From Dehalococcoidia bacterium (GTDB taxonomy: Bacteria > Chloroflexota > Dehalococcoidia > Lucifugimonadales > UBA2962), in contig OZ220697.1 in assembly GCA_965116605.1 (NCBI GenBank), forward strand, positions 1,439,013 through 1,503,012: 64,000 nt of DNA, given 5' to 3'. Under the pieces are notes generated by a model that was not told the origin of the DNA, made no database searches, and saw only the letters and a list, made by a program, of their open reading frames with translations. Made by a program: the position numbers and the translations under genes. Of the stretch, positions 9,628 through 19,560 are shown in pieces. Each line of letters opens with the position of its first letter. Position 1 is the first letter of the stretch.

Positions 9628-10449
9628 CTACCTCACTACCGGGAAATACCTGGACCTAAGGTAGTTGAGGTAGTCGGCGCCAGCTTGCTGGGAATCCCTG
9701 AGCCTCTTGAAAACCTGCTGATACGTAAGCACCCTAAGCCTGACTTCACACCCCACTCGTTCCTCAAACAGGTCGATTTCCCGCCTGTGAGCTACCAGCT
9801 CCCCCCCAAACCAGTCGTAATAGATGTAGTAGAGACTGAACTGATCGCCCTTCTGTGTGGCCAGCCCAAGCGCGTGCTTGAGGAGTTGCCATGGGTCTAG
9901 GTACTCGAACCGGTGTCTGCCGTCACGCAGATCTTCGGCAAGCTTCTGGCAGGCGGGCAAACCCTTCTCATCCCAGAGATCTCTGGATTCCGGAAAGTAC
10001 GACGATTTGAAATCGGACTTCCCCGTGGAGGAGAGTTTCAGATGCTCGGTAAACTTGGCCTCGATCGCGTGGACAAAGTGACTGCTGTCGGTTAAGGCCA
10101 CGTCAAGATGGGGAGGCGTGCCTCCCAGTCCGGTACGGAATTGCGCCTCAAAGTCCAGAGAGCACCCATCTAAGGGATCAATGCCCAATGCCGACAGGAG
10201 GGGAGTCTTGTCCCTGCAGGTCCAGTGGTCGAAGAAGTTTACAACCAACGCCGAAGACGAATGTAGCGCCTTCGTGTGCCCGCTCAGTTCCTTCCCAGCT
10301 CCTCTTTCGAAAGCTTGTAGCGCACTATCGGAAAGTGGTTGCCACAGGTTGGCCTCAGCCTGTGGCACGTAACCAAGCGAGTCGAATGGGATTCCCATCA
10401 ACTTCGCCCAATGCTGCTGACCGTTCCTTATCTCATGTTCGGCGCTCAT
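9628..10449 (-). CDS. PGN_0703-like PD-(D/E)XK putative restriction endonuclease
   Basis: LHSSSALVVNFF...FEAQF...PPHLDV...AIEAKFTE...QLLKHALGL pattern; ATGA overlap with the upstream EEP gene. Confidence 0.7.
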   Translation of the reverse strand: MSAEHEIRNGQQHWAKLMGIPFDSLGYVPQAEANLWQPLSDSALQAFERGAGKELSGHTKALHSSSALVVNFFDHWTCRDKTPLLSALGIDPLDGCSLDFEAQFRTGLGGTPPHLDVALTDSSHFVHAIEAKFTEHLKLSSTGKSDFKSSYFPESRDLWDEKGLPACQKLAEDLRDGRHRFEYLDPWQLLKHALGLATQKGDQFSLYYIYYDWFGGELVAHRREIDLFEERVGCEVRLRVLTYQQVFKRLRDSQQAGADYLNYLRSRYFPVVR

Positions 10450-11405
10450 CCTATTGGGGTTCCAGTTGGTTGGCGCCTATGCCTCGAAGATTGACGGGTA
10501 CCAACGCTAGCGGAGGGTTGTCTGTTTGCAATCTTGATCAGTAGGCGGCAATGGTCGCTTGCGCCCCACTCTTCAGCAGAATTCATGGCCCGGACATTGA
10601 TGTCCTCGTGAAAGCCGCGGGAGGCGAAGACGTAATCGAGTTGATTGTTGCTTGCCGTCTCGGGGCTTTTGCCGGGTAGGTAGTAGGTGACGACGTTCCG
10701 CGAATCCACGGGTTCGCCCGTCGCCGACGTCTCCGCCTGCCGACCATTCGGTACCTGCGGCCCCATGAACTCCAGCCCGATGGCGGTCATCCTTTCGAAA
10801 ACGGACTGGTATCGCGCCTCCCAATAGGGGTCGCCGCTGTCGCCATAGCCGTGCGCTATGTTGAGGTCGCCGGCGGCCACTATGCGATGGGACCGCGGGT
10901 CTTCGTGGCCGATGAAGGCTGAGAGGTCAGAGATGATCCGGTGAACGGAAGAGTCGGCGTATCCAAAGCTCCAGGCCGTCTTGACGCTTGGATGAGTTCC
11001 GATCCAACGGCCGTACATCGAGACTGCAATGAATGGTCCGGCCGAGCCGTCACGAGGCGTTATGCGGGCCGCCGCAATGGTCCCGATCCCGCTCACGGCG
11101 ATCTCGTCTGGCTCTGTCCAGCCTATCGGACTGACTTGCTTGAACCACTCAACTTCGACCCTGTCCGATAGCTTCACCACCATCGGCCAGCGGTCGTACA
11201 GCTTCGGGTACCGGTCTTCGAACCAGCGTGAGTTCCAGACGTGCGAGTCCCAGTGCTCCGCGGAGCCGGTATCCACACTGCCGGCCACATCTGACGGTGG
11301 GCTGACCGCCTCCTGCAGCAGTGCGACGTCGGCGTCCATCCGCAAGAGCTGTCGCCAGGGCTCTTGGCGTGTAGCGATGTTCCAGCTCACTACCGTTACT
11401 GCCAT
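10446..11405 (-). CDS. Endonuclease/exonuclease/phosphatase (EEP) family protein
   Basis: VVSWNI, DVALLQE, AGDLN, QLDYVF and SDH motifs; GGAGG RBS. Confidence 0.9.
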   Translation of the reverse strand: MAVTVVSWNIATRQEPWRQLLRMDADVALLQEAVSPPSDVAGSVDTGSAEHWDSHVWNSRWFEDRYPKLYDRWPMVVKLSDRVEVEWFKQVSPIGWTEPDEIAVSGIGTIAAARITPRDGSAGPFIAVSMYGRWIGTHPSVKTAWSFGYADSSVHRIISDLSAFIGHEDPRSHRIVAAGDLNIAHGYGDSGDPYWEARYQSVFERMTAIGLEFMGPQVPNGRQAETSATGEPVDSRNVVTYYLPGKSPETASNNQLDYVFASRGFHEDINVRAMNSAEEWGASDHCRLLIKIANRQPSASVGTRQSSRHRRQPTGTPIG

Positions 11406-12161
11406 TTCATCCTCCGATGGTCTTGCGATTTGCGTCGACGATTAAGAGCCCAAGGTTGTCATGCACCTCGTGATGGTCCGGTTCTGCCCCTTGGGCGCTC
11501 CAATCAGGTTGATCATCAACTTGATGCCACAGCGTGGATGGCCTTTGCAAAACCCGTCTCACGGGACATTAGCAAGTACCGCTGCAACCGCGACAATCGT
11601 TTGAGGCCTCGGCTAGGTTACCCGATGACGCCAAGGACACGGCACCTCAGTCCGTACCCTTGGGGACACTAGTCGCGGTTCATGTGATGACAATACTCGG
11701 TAGGAACTTTACCGGCTCAGCCGAAGGCTCTAGGAGGAATCGCGAAGTCTGGACCCCGTTTCGAGTCCAGAACGAATGAACAGGCAGCCTTTGTTCATCG
11801 AGACGCCCAAGTTGCCGGACACAACCAGACGTTTCATATGAGAACGCCCTTACGAGGGCTTAATGCTGACTGCAAGCACCTACATAGTGGTAGTCACGCC
11901 ACGAGACAGAAGCCGACTCTATGGCCCTATGGGTCCAAGACGCAAACGAGCGGAGGTGTTGGAAGCATGAAGAACAGGCAAACGAAAACCCTGGGATCCA
12001 GAACCCATGAGCGGGCTGGCAAGACACAGATTGTGTCCCCTAACTTGAGTCCCGGAAAAAGGCGCCAAGGACCACGATCGCCGCATGGGCATGCCGGTGC
12101 GCGGAATCGCAACCCAGAGCTGGAAACGCGAGCACGCGGCGGCTCCGGCAATGGAAGTCAG

Positions 12162-12380
12162 TTGGAGAGCACAAAGGCCCTATACCGTTTTGAAAATGAG
12201 AGATACTACCGGACCAGCGATCCGGAACTAACCGTGATTGCCAGTCGAGGAACCCTGGCCAAGTGGCGATGCATGGCTATCGGCCCGCCATTCATACGCT
12301 TCGGCGGTCGTATCCTCTACTTGGGCAAGGACCTGAACGACTGGCTTGACCAGCATCGCGTCAAGACCTTTCAGAATTGA
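12162..12380 (+). CDS. AlpA/excisionase-like small winged-HTH protein (start uncertain)
   Basis: SRGTLAKWRCMAIGPPFIRFGGRILYLGKDLNDWL is an excisionase-type HTH plus wing; located ~600 bp from the att end. Confidence 0.7.
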   Translation: MESTKALYRFENERYYRTSDPELTVIASRGTLAKWRCMAIGPPFIRFGGRILYLGKDLNDWLDQHRVKTFQN

Positions 12381-12903
12381 CGATATGGTCGTGAAGACCT
12401 TGTGAAGACGGAAGCAAGCGACTGCCCTCCTAGAAGATGAAGCTGCATCTGTCCAGAACTGTCGCATAGGCCGATCGGCTGAGGCGGTGGCTGATAGGGC
12501 CGGTGTGGTGTCACCCAAAGGCGCGGCCGGGCTCAATGCATTGATGCGTTAAAGCAAGTGGAGGAGCCTCTTTCCCCCTGAGGGCACTGCCCAAGCCAGC
12601 GGTCACGAGTCAACGACACCAACCTGTCCCCGGTCTCCACAATCGAGAGCATCGCAGCTAAGGGTCTCTAGCTAAAGCCTGCTGACATGCCGCCGCGATT
12701 CCCCGTCGTATGCAAGCACCCCGGAGACTAGGTCTATGGACTAGCCTCCGCCAAATCCTGCAACTCGATTGGCGGGCCTGGAAGCTAATGGCGAACCAAG
12801 GCGGAGAAGGCTATGTCCCTTCCTGACCCTTGTTCCTTCCCACGCGATATCGACCGGCAACGGTCCCAAATTATCTAGCAATCTTGGTTTTTCAGGGCTC
12901 GCT

Positions 12904-12925
12904 TTGTTGACTAATTGTTGACTAA
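12904..12925. repeat. Tandem 11-bp direct repeat TTGTTGACTAA x2, putative integrase arm-type sites
   Basis: Exact tandem repeat ~50 bp inside the island from the tRNA 3' end. Confidence 0.65.
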
Positions 12926-12974
12926 TTCGATCAGGCCGATTTCTCCATTCGGCCATTTGACAGTCTATAGACGG

Positions 12975-13047
12975 AGCCAACGGGCGGACTCGAACCGCCG
13001 ACCTGCTGTTTACGAAACAGCTGCTCTGCCGACTGAGCTACGTTGGC
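12975..13047 (-). tRNA. tRNA-Thr(CGT), CCA not encoded
   Basis: GCCAACG-TA-GCTC-AGTCGGCA-GAGC-A-GCTGT-TTCGTAA-ACAGC-AGGTC-GGCGG-TTCGAGT-CCGCC-CGTTGGC-T folds as a full cloverleaf; followed by CCG. Confidence 0.97.
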
Positions 13048-13407
13048 CCTTAACCGGTGCCTGCACTCGCTGAGGAAGTGAGCGCAGAGGATCCTGCGGC
13101 GGACGTCCCACACGGCACCTGTGGTGTCGTATGGCTATCACGGCAGGCCACCCGTACAACGATGCTAGCATGGCCCGGCTGCCCTGACACGCTCTTAAGA
13201 TTCACATTCCTGTCGGATACCCAATCTGATGTAGAAAGTGCGTCTGTGAGAACAAGCGAATCCTAAATCCGACTTGGACCCATCAGTGGCTAGACGCCGA
13301 TAGGCGCCTAACGTTCGTTCCTCGGACCCGGAATTGCAGCGGATCCGGCGGAGGTCGCGACCGAACCTTACGTCCCTGTGGATTCGCAGGCCATCTTGAA
13401 AAGCACC

Positions 13408-14547
13408 TCAGTCAATGACGCGCTTTGCGATGATATCCCGCATGATCTCTGAGCTTCCCGCCGCGATCGTCCAGAGCCGATAGTCCCGGGCGAAGCGCTC
13501 GACGGGCGTCTCACGCACATAGCCGTAGCCGCCATGTAACTGAACGGCGTCGTACCCAACCGCGACGGCCGCCTCAGTGGCGAATAGCTTGGCCATCGAA
13601 ACCTCTTTCGCGCACTCCTCGCCGGCGGCGAAACTTGCTGCGGCGTGGTACGTCAGGCCGCGGGCCGCCTCGATGCGCGTCGCCATGTCGGCGACCTTGT
13701 ATCGGATCCCCTGCATCTCAGCGAGGGGACGTCCGAACGCCTCACGTTGCCTGACATATGCCCTGCTGTCGTCCAGCGCCTGGTCCGCGGCGGATACGCT
13801 CATCACGGCCGCCATAAGCCGCTCGCGCTGCAGACCGGACGCGAGTTGGTAAAAGCCCCTGCCCTCCTCCCCCAGCAGGCTGGTCGCAGGCACGCGCACG
13901 TCGTCGAAAGCTATCTCGGCCGTGTCCGAGCTCAGCATGCCAGTCTTCTCGAGCTTACCTGCGACCGTTACCCCAGGCGTACTGCGCTCGACCAGGAACT
14001 GCGACAGGCCCCTGTGGCGCGGCTCCTCCAGGGAAGTCCGCGCAGCCAGAAAGTAAAGGTCACCATAGACACCGTTGGTTGTGAACGTCTTGGCACCGTT
14101 GATAATCCAATCGTCGCCATCCCTGACCGCGCCGGTCGAAATGCCCGCCATATCCGAGCCGGCACCCGGCTCGGTGATCGCAAGGGCGCATACGGTTTCG
14201 CCGCTGGCGATGCCCGGCAGGTAACGCTCCTTCTGCTCGTTCGTGCCCAGCGCAACAAGCCACGGCGACGACATGTCCGTGTGGACGATGACGCTGAAGG
14301 CAACTCCACCGGCCCGGCACCGCGCCAGCTCCTCGGCAAGCACCACCGACATCCAGAAGTCGCCGCCCCCACCCCCGTACTCGACAGGGAATTCCACGCC
14401 CAGAAAGCCGAGCTCGCCCAGCCTGCGAAACAGCGTCCTGGGGATCCTGCCGGCCTCCTCCCAGTCGGTGACGTTCGGCTCGATCTCCTCGCGTACACAG
14501 CGACGCGCCGCGTCGCGGAACATGCTGTGATGCTCGCCAAAGGGCAC
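13408..14547 (-). CDS. Acyl-CoA dehydrogenase
   Basis: ALAITEPGAGSD, WIINGAKTFTTNG, RQREAFGR and VQLHGGYGY motifs. Confidence 0.95.
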   Translation of the reverse strand: MPFGEHHSMFRDAARRCVREEIEPNVTDWEEAGRIPRTLFRRLGELGFLGVEFPVEYGGGGGDFWMSVVLAEELARCRAGGVAFSVIVHTDMSSPWLVALGTNEQKERYLPGIASGETVCALAITEPGAGSDMAGISTGAVRDGDDWIINGAKTFTTNGVYGDLYFLAARTSLEEPRHRGLSQFLVERSTPGVTVAGKLEKTGMLSSDTAEIAFDDVRVPATSLLGEEGRGFYQLASGLQRERLMAAVMSVSAADQALDDSRAYVRQREAFGRPLAEMQGIRYKVADMATRIEAARGLTYHAAASFAAGEECAKEVSMAKLFATEAAVAVGYDAVQLHGGYGYVRETPVERFARDYRLWTIAAGSSEIMRDIIAKRVID

Positions 14548-14551
14548 TTCT

Positions 14552-16192
14552 TCAATCCCCCCTGAGTCGGAGCTCGCTTCGCCTGATCTTGCCGCTCACG
14601 GTCTTCGGCAGCTCGGGCACGAACTCGATCTGACGGGGGTACTTGTAAGGGGCTGTGACACTCCGAACGTGCGCCTGAAGCTCAGCAGCCAGCTCATCCG
14701 AAACCTTAGTCCCGGGTACCACCACCACGAACGCCTTTACGATCTGGCCACGCACCGGGTCGGGCCTGGCCACCACGGCCGTCTCGGCCACCGCGGGGTG
14801 TCCCATCAGCGCGGACTCGACCTCAAAAGGTCCGATTCGGTAGGAAGCGCTGATGATCAGGTCGTCACCACGACCAACGAACCAGAAATAGCCGTCCTCG
14901 TCGCGAGTGGCCATATCACCGGTGAAATACCACTCTCCCCTGAAGGCTCTCTCGTTTGCCTCAGCGTCGCGCCAGTAGCCGGGAAACAGTCCTACGGGGC
15001 GATCCGGCGATACCCTGATCGCGATCTCGCCCTCCTCTCCGGCAGGCAACTCCTCCCCTTCCTCGCCCACGATCGCCAGCTCAAAGCCGGGGCAGCTGAC
15101 TCCCATCGACCCCGGCCTGTACTCCATCCCCGGGAATGTCGCCGCCATCAGCGTCGACTCGGTCTGCCCGTATCCCTCCCAGATGTGCAGGCCTGTTCCC
15201 TCGCGCCAGGTGTCGATCACCTCGGGGTTCACAGCCTCGCCGGCGCCCACGGTGTGGCGGAGCGCCCTTGGACTGAAGCCGGCCAGGTCCTGCTGCACCA
15301 TCATGCGGTAGGCGGTCGGAGGCGCAAAGAACGTCGTGATCGGAAACCGCTCCAGCACCTCCAGTGTCAGGCCGCCGTCAAAGCGACCGCGCTGGTCCCA
15401 CACGAAGATCGCCGCCCCCATGTTCCATGGGCCGAAGAAGCTGGTCCACGCCGCCTGGGCCCAGCCGGTGTCAGAGAGCGTCCAGTGCAGATCGGTCGGT
15501 CGGTTGTCGAGCCAGAATTTGCCGGTCGCAACGTGCCCGATCGGGTAGCTGGCATGGGTGTTGGCAACCATCTTGGGATTGCCCGTCGTGCCGGAGGTGA
15601 AGTAGATCACCAGCATGTCCGAAGAGGGGTTCCGCGGATTGGGCAGATCGGCCGATGCCGAGCTCAGGAGGCTCTCATATTCCGTCCAGGGACCCTGCTC
15701 CCCTACCACGACCACGTCCTTAAGGCCGGGGCACCGGGGCTGAACCTGCTTTACCTTGTCGTAGTTGTCAGCGTCGGTGAAGGCGATCGAAGGCTCGGAC
15801 GCACCTATGCGGTAGGAGATGTCCCTGGTCGTCAGAAGCGTCGTGGCCGGCACCGACACAAGGCCTGCGCGAATGCATCCGAGCATGATCTCCCACCACT
15901 CGATGACCCGGTTGAGCATGATGAAGACCCGGCCGCCCTTCTCGATGCCCAGCCCGGTCAGCGCATTGGCGACGCGTTTTGAGCGCATGGACATCTCCCG
16001 GAAGGTGACTTCCCGCACGGTGCTGCCGTCGGGAGCGAGCCATACCATCGCGACCTTGCCGGGATCCTCCGCCCACCGGTCGAACACCTCGAAGGCCCAG
16101 TTAAACCGCTCCGGCACGTCCTGTCTGAAGGTCCGGTAGGTCTCAGCGTAATCGCCCACCTGGTACGCTGCCGCACTCCCCTCCGACGTCAT
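14552..16192 (-). CDS. Medium-chain acyl-CoA synthetase (AMP-binding)
   Basis: IYFTSGTTGNPK, EGYGQTE, YFTGD, GRGDD and LPKTVSGKIRR motifs. Confidence 0.95.
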   Translation of the reverse strand: MTSEGSAAAYQVGDYAETYRTFRQDVPERFNWAFEVFDRWAEDPGKVAMVWLAPDGSTVREVTFREMSMRSKRVANALTGLGIEKGGRVFIMLNRVIEWWEIMLGCIRAGLVSVPATTLLTTRDISYRIGASEPSIAFTDADNYDKVKQVQPRCPGLKDVVVVGEQGPWTEYESLLSSASADLPNPRNPSSDMLVIYFTSGTTGNPKMVANTHASYPIGHVATGKFWLDNRPTDLHWTLSDTGWAQAAWTSFFGPWNMGAAIFVWDQRGRFDGGLTLEVLERFPITTFFAPPTAYRMMVQQDLAGFSPRALRHTVGAGEAVNPEVIDTWREGTGLHIWEGYGQTESTLMAATFPGMEYRPGSMGVSCPGFELAIVGEEGEELPAGEEGEIAIRVSPDRPVGLFPGYWRDAEANERAFRGEWYFTGDMATRDEDGYFWFVGRGDDLIISASYRIGPFEVESALMGHPAVAETAVVARPDPVRGQIVKAFVVVVPGTKVSDELAAELQAHVRSVTAPYKYPRQIEFVPELPKTVSGKIRRSELRLRGD

Positions 16193-17352
16193 CGACTCGC
16201 TCCTGCCCCGACGTGCCCGAAGGCGCCGTCCCCGATCATCGATGCGATCTGCCCGGTGTCATACCCGAGCTCGGCAAGCAGCGCCTTGGTGTGCTCGCCG
16301 GGGCCCGGGGGTCCGTCCGTCGGCCCCACAGACTCGCCCGAGACCTTGAACGGCTGGGTGAGGAAACGCTGTAGGCCCATGTCGACGAACATGCCCCTTG
16401 ACCTGAAGTGGACCGAGTCGACAAGGTCGGCGAGCGAAGTCACCCGCGCGGCCGGCACGTCGGCCACCTCCAGGGCCTCCTCCCATTCCCGTGACGTCCG
16501 GGACAGGAACGCGTCCTGGACCGCACAGGTCAGCGACTCTCCCCGCTCCACCCTCTCGGCAAATGTCAGGCCGGCCAGGTCGTCCAGTCCCGATGCCCCG
16601 CAGAACCTGCGCCAGAAGTGGTCCTCGTCCACGATCCCCAGGCTGAACCAGCTCCCGTCCGAGCACTGGAATATCCCGTAGTGCGGTATGAAGGTCACGT
16701 TGGGTCTTCCCCCCGCTTCGTCCGTGCCAAGCCGACCTACCTCCGGCGCAAGCAGGGCGAGGGTGGAGTCGGCCATCGAAAGGTCAATGTACTGGCCGGT
16801 GCCCCTTGCGTGGCGCCCCACGACGGCCGCCAGCACCGCCACGGCAGCGTACAGACCGGAGGCCAGGTCGGAGATCAGTATCGGAGGTAGCCATGGCCGC
16901 TCGGAGATCTGCATCTGGGCGCTCAGGTGACCGGCAATGGCCGCGAAGTCAACGTCATGGGCCGGCCGGTCGCGCCAGGGCCCGTCCTGGCCGAAGCCGG
17001 AGATCGAGCAGTACACGAGCCCGGGGTTGCCTGCCGAGAGGGTCTCGTAGTCGGCACACAGGCGAGCGGCGACGCCCGGCCGCCAACCCTCAAGCACGAT
17101 GTCTGATCCCCGGACAAGGCGGCAGAGCACCTCCCTGCCCTCGTCAGTCTTAAGGTTGAGCAGGATACTGCGCTTGCCGCGGTTGATCCCCGACCACATG
17201 CCCGGGCTCTGGCGCAGCGGGTCCCCGGTGGGAGGCTCTACCTTGATCACGCGGGCCCCCAGGTCGGCGAGTATGGTCGAGCAGAACGGACCGGGTACGT
17301 TTACGGTCATATCGACGACGGTGAGGCCCCGCAGAAGGCCCTTGGACATCAT
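16189..17352 (-). CDS. Family III CoA-transferase (CaiB/BaiF)
   Basis: PGPFCSTILADLGARVIKVEPP, NRGKRS, YCSISGFGQDGP and ISDLASG motifs. Confidence 0.93.
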   Translation of the reverse strand: MMSKGLLRGLTVVDMTVNVPGPFCSTILADLGARVIKVEPPTGDPLRQSPGMWSGINRGKRSILLNLKTDEGREVLCRLVRGSDIVLEGWRPGVAARLCADYETLSAGNPGLVYCSISGFGQDGPWRDRPAHDVDFAAIAGHLSAQMQISERPWLPPILISDLASGLYAAVAVLAAVVGRHARGTGQYIDLSMADSTLALLAPEVGRLGTDEAGGRPNVTFIPHYGIFQCSDGSWFSLGIVDEDHFWRRFCGASGLDDLAGLTFAERVERGESLTCAVQDAFLSRTSREWEEALEVADVPAARVTSLADLVDSVHFRSRGMFVDMGLQRFLTQPFKVSGESVGPTDGPPGPGEHTKALLAELGYDTGQIASMIGDGAFGHVGAGASR

Positions 17353-17371
17353 TTCACCCAGGTCCCTTCCA

Positions 17372-18307
17372 CTACCCCGAGGGGCCGGACTCGCAAACCT
17401 CGCGCTCCCGGTCGGACAGCTCGACCCCGATCGCCGAGACGGCGGCCTCCAGCTGATCGTCCGTCCTCATGCCGACGATCACGGCATCGAGCCTCGGCTG
17501 CTCGAGCAGCCAGGCAAGCGAGGTCTGGGTCAGCGTGTGGCCGGCCGCATCGGAGGCGACCTTTAGCCTGTCAACGAACTCGAAGGCCTCCTTGCGCCAG
17601 TACAGTCTCCTGTAGTTCATTCCGGTCGCCATCTTGTCGTCTTCACGGAGCTGGCGGCGGTCGAGGAACTTGCCGGCGAGCAGGCCGGCCGCAAGGGCGC
17701 CATACGGGTAGATGCTGATGTCATCGTCAACGCAGAACGGAACCACCTCTGCCTCGATGTCGCGCTCAAGCAGGTTGTACCGGGGCTGGATGCACTCGAA
17801 GCGGGCCAGTTTCCTTACATCGGCCGTCCACTGCGACCGCGCGATCTGCCACGCCGGGAAATTCGAGCAGCCAAGGTAACGCACCTTGCCCTGCCGGACG
17901 ATGTCACCAAAGGCCTCCATCGTCTCCTCGACGGGCGTGATGGGATCGGGCTTGTGCGCATAGAGGATGTCGACGTAGTCGGTGCCGAGCCTGCGCAGGG
18001 TGCCCTCGATCTCGTGCATGATGTGCTTTCGACTCAGGGTGGCGATGTTGAGGTCGATGGGGCCCGCGCCCACCTTGGAGGCGACGATCGTCTCGTACCG
18101 CCGCCCTTTCAGTGCCTTGCCTATGATCTCCTCGGTCCGGCCCTCGTTGTATGAGTTGGCGGTGTCGAGGAAGTTGACCCCGTGCCCGATCGCCCGGTCG
18201 ATCAGCGCCACCGACTCGCGCTCATCGAGCCTCTGGCCGAACGCAACGCTGCCGACGCAAATGCGGGACACGAACAGGCCGGTGCGGCCCACCCTGCGGT
18301 AGTCCAT
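17372..18307 (-). CDS. Aldo/keto reductase
   Basis: MDYRRVGRTGLFVS, FLDTANSY, LGTDYVD, GKVRYLGCSN and QPRYNLL motifs; start adjusted to ATG 18307. Confidence 0.93.
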   Translation of the reverse strand: MDYRRVGRTGLFVSRICVGSVAFGQRLDERESVALIDRAIGHGVNFLDTANSYNEGRTEEIIGKALKGRRYETIVASKVGAGPIDLNIATLSRKHIMHEIEGTLRRLGTDYVDILYAHKPDPITPVEETMEAFGDIVRQGKVRYLGCSNFPAWQIARSQWTADVRKLARFECIQPRYNLLERDIEAEVVPFCVDDDISIYPYGALAAGLLAGKFLDRRQLREDDKMATGMNYRRLYWRKEAFEFVDRLKVASDAAGHTLTQTSLAWLLEQPRLDAVIVGMRTDDQLEAAVSAIGVELSDREREVCESGPSG

Positions 18308-18437
18308 GGTCCCTGCCCCTAACCCTCTCCCCTGCGGCAGACGGGAAGACCAGGGCATGGCTTGCCCGCATGCAGGGGTGCCAAGGTGCACATCCAGGCG
18401 TTAGGTATTCGAGTGCAGGTGTCCATCGATTGCAGAT

Positions 18438-19496
18438 CTATCCGAAGGCCAGGGCGCGTGCCGGGTTCCGGACCAGGATCTTATCCAACAGGTCTTCCGA
18501 GAAGCCGCGGCTCCTCATGCGCGGAACTATGGACTCCAGGATGTGGGCAAAGCCGGGCCCGCCGTAACGCATGTAGTGGATCAACGAGCAGCGGTCCTGG
18601 GCGACCAGCAACTGGTTTTCGTAGCCATGCTCTACAAGGTGCTCCAGCCGCTCGATCCGCTGCTCGTCCGATATCTGCATACCGACGCGCCCAAGATACT
18701 CCTGGTTCGTGCTCTCATAACCGAACAGGTCGTGCTGGATGTAGCAGCCGGATGAGGCCAGGTCCCGCAGCACCCCCAGGTCCCTGACCGTCGGCCCGAT
18801 ATGGCCCATGACGACCTGCGTCGCCTCCGCTCCCGCCTCCAGCAGGGTGTCCAGTATCCCGGCCGGGCTCCTGTCCGTAAAGCCAGGATGGATGGTGATC
18901 GGAGCGCCGGTCCTGGCCGACGCACGAGCGGACGCCCGCAGGACCCTGGTGATGTTATCGTCGAGCGGGAACATGCATCCGATCTCACCGATCACACCGC
19001 AGCGAACGCCGGTGTCGCCGACCCCGATGGTGATGTCCCGGACGATCTCCTCCTCGATCTCGCCCTCCTCGCGCCGGTCCATGTCCGGAGGGTGGAAGAG
19101 CGGGATGTAGTAGCTGCCGCCCATGACGACGTTCAAACCGGTGGCACGGGATATGCGCGTGAGCGCGAGCGGGTCGCGTGCAATGCCGATGCTGGTCGTG
19201 TCGACCATGGAGTCGCCGCCGGCGTACCGAAAGCGCAGCGCCTCCTCGATGGCCAGCCTCTCGTCGAGCACCCGCAGGTTTGCATGGTTGCGGAACCAGA
19301 GCCGCCCCATCGCGCCGAGGATGTCCATCGTCACGGGCACGTCCTCGTGGAAGCGTACCGATGCCTCGTCGGCCTGGACGAAGTAGCCGTCCAGGTCGAT
19401 CAGCAGGTGCTCGTGGGTCAGCGTGACCCCCATCTCGCCGGGCTCTATAGGCCCGAGCACGGTGAGCACCTTCCCCTTCATTTCGCCGTCCGCCAA
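18438..19496 (-). CDS. Phosphotriesterase-like amidohydrolase (PTE/PHP family)
   Basis: TLTHEHL, GVIGEIG, PITIHP, VMGHI and AQDRC metal-ligand motifs; TTG 19496 with an AGGAGG RBS. Confidence 0.9.
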   Translation of the reverse strand: MADGEMKGKVLTVLGPIEPGEMGVTLTHEHLLIDLDGYFVQADEASVRFHEDVPVTMDILGAMGRLWFRNHANLRVLDERLAIEEALRFRYAGGDSMVDTTSIGIARDPLALTRISRATGLNVVMGGSYYIPLFHPPDMDRREEGEIEEEIVRDITIGVGDTGVRCGVIGEIGCMFPLDDNITRVLRASARASARTGAPITIHPGFTDRSPAGILDTLLEAGAEATQVVMGHIGPTVRDLGVLRDLASSGCYIQHDLFGYESTNQEYLGRVGMQISDEQRIERLEHLVEHGYENQLLVAQDRCSLIHYMRYGGPGFAHILESIVPRMRSRGFSEDLLDKILVRNPARALAFG

Positions 19497-19560
19497 CTCG
19501 ATATTCCTCCTCTCAGCCGGGACGAGTTTAACACTCACTCCCCCTTATAATGGGCGCGCT

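Larger units (their letters stand above)
1..12974. mobile_element. Right end of a tRNA-Thr-integrated genomic island (defence and mobility cargo); left end and integrase lie outside the window
   Basis: Abuts the 3' end of tRNA-Thr; visibly AT-richer with long intergenic remnants compared with the dense GC-rich backbone after 13.4 kb; carries replication-relaxation, excisionase-like HTH and nuclease genes; tandem arm-like repeats next to the tRNA. Confidence 0.8.

Noticed and set aside
11838..12161. N-terminal 108 aa of the 180-aa excisionase-like ORF
   Set aside because: Low-complexity and motif-free; the recognisable domain is confined to the last ~70 aa, so the start was moved downstream.
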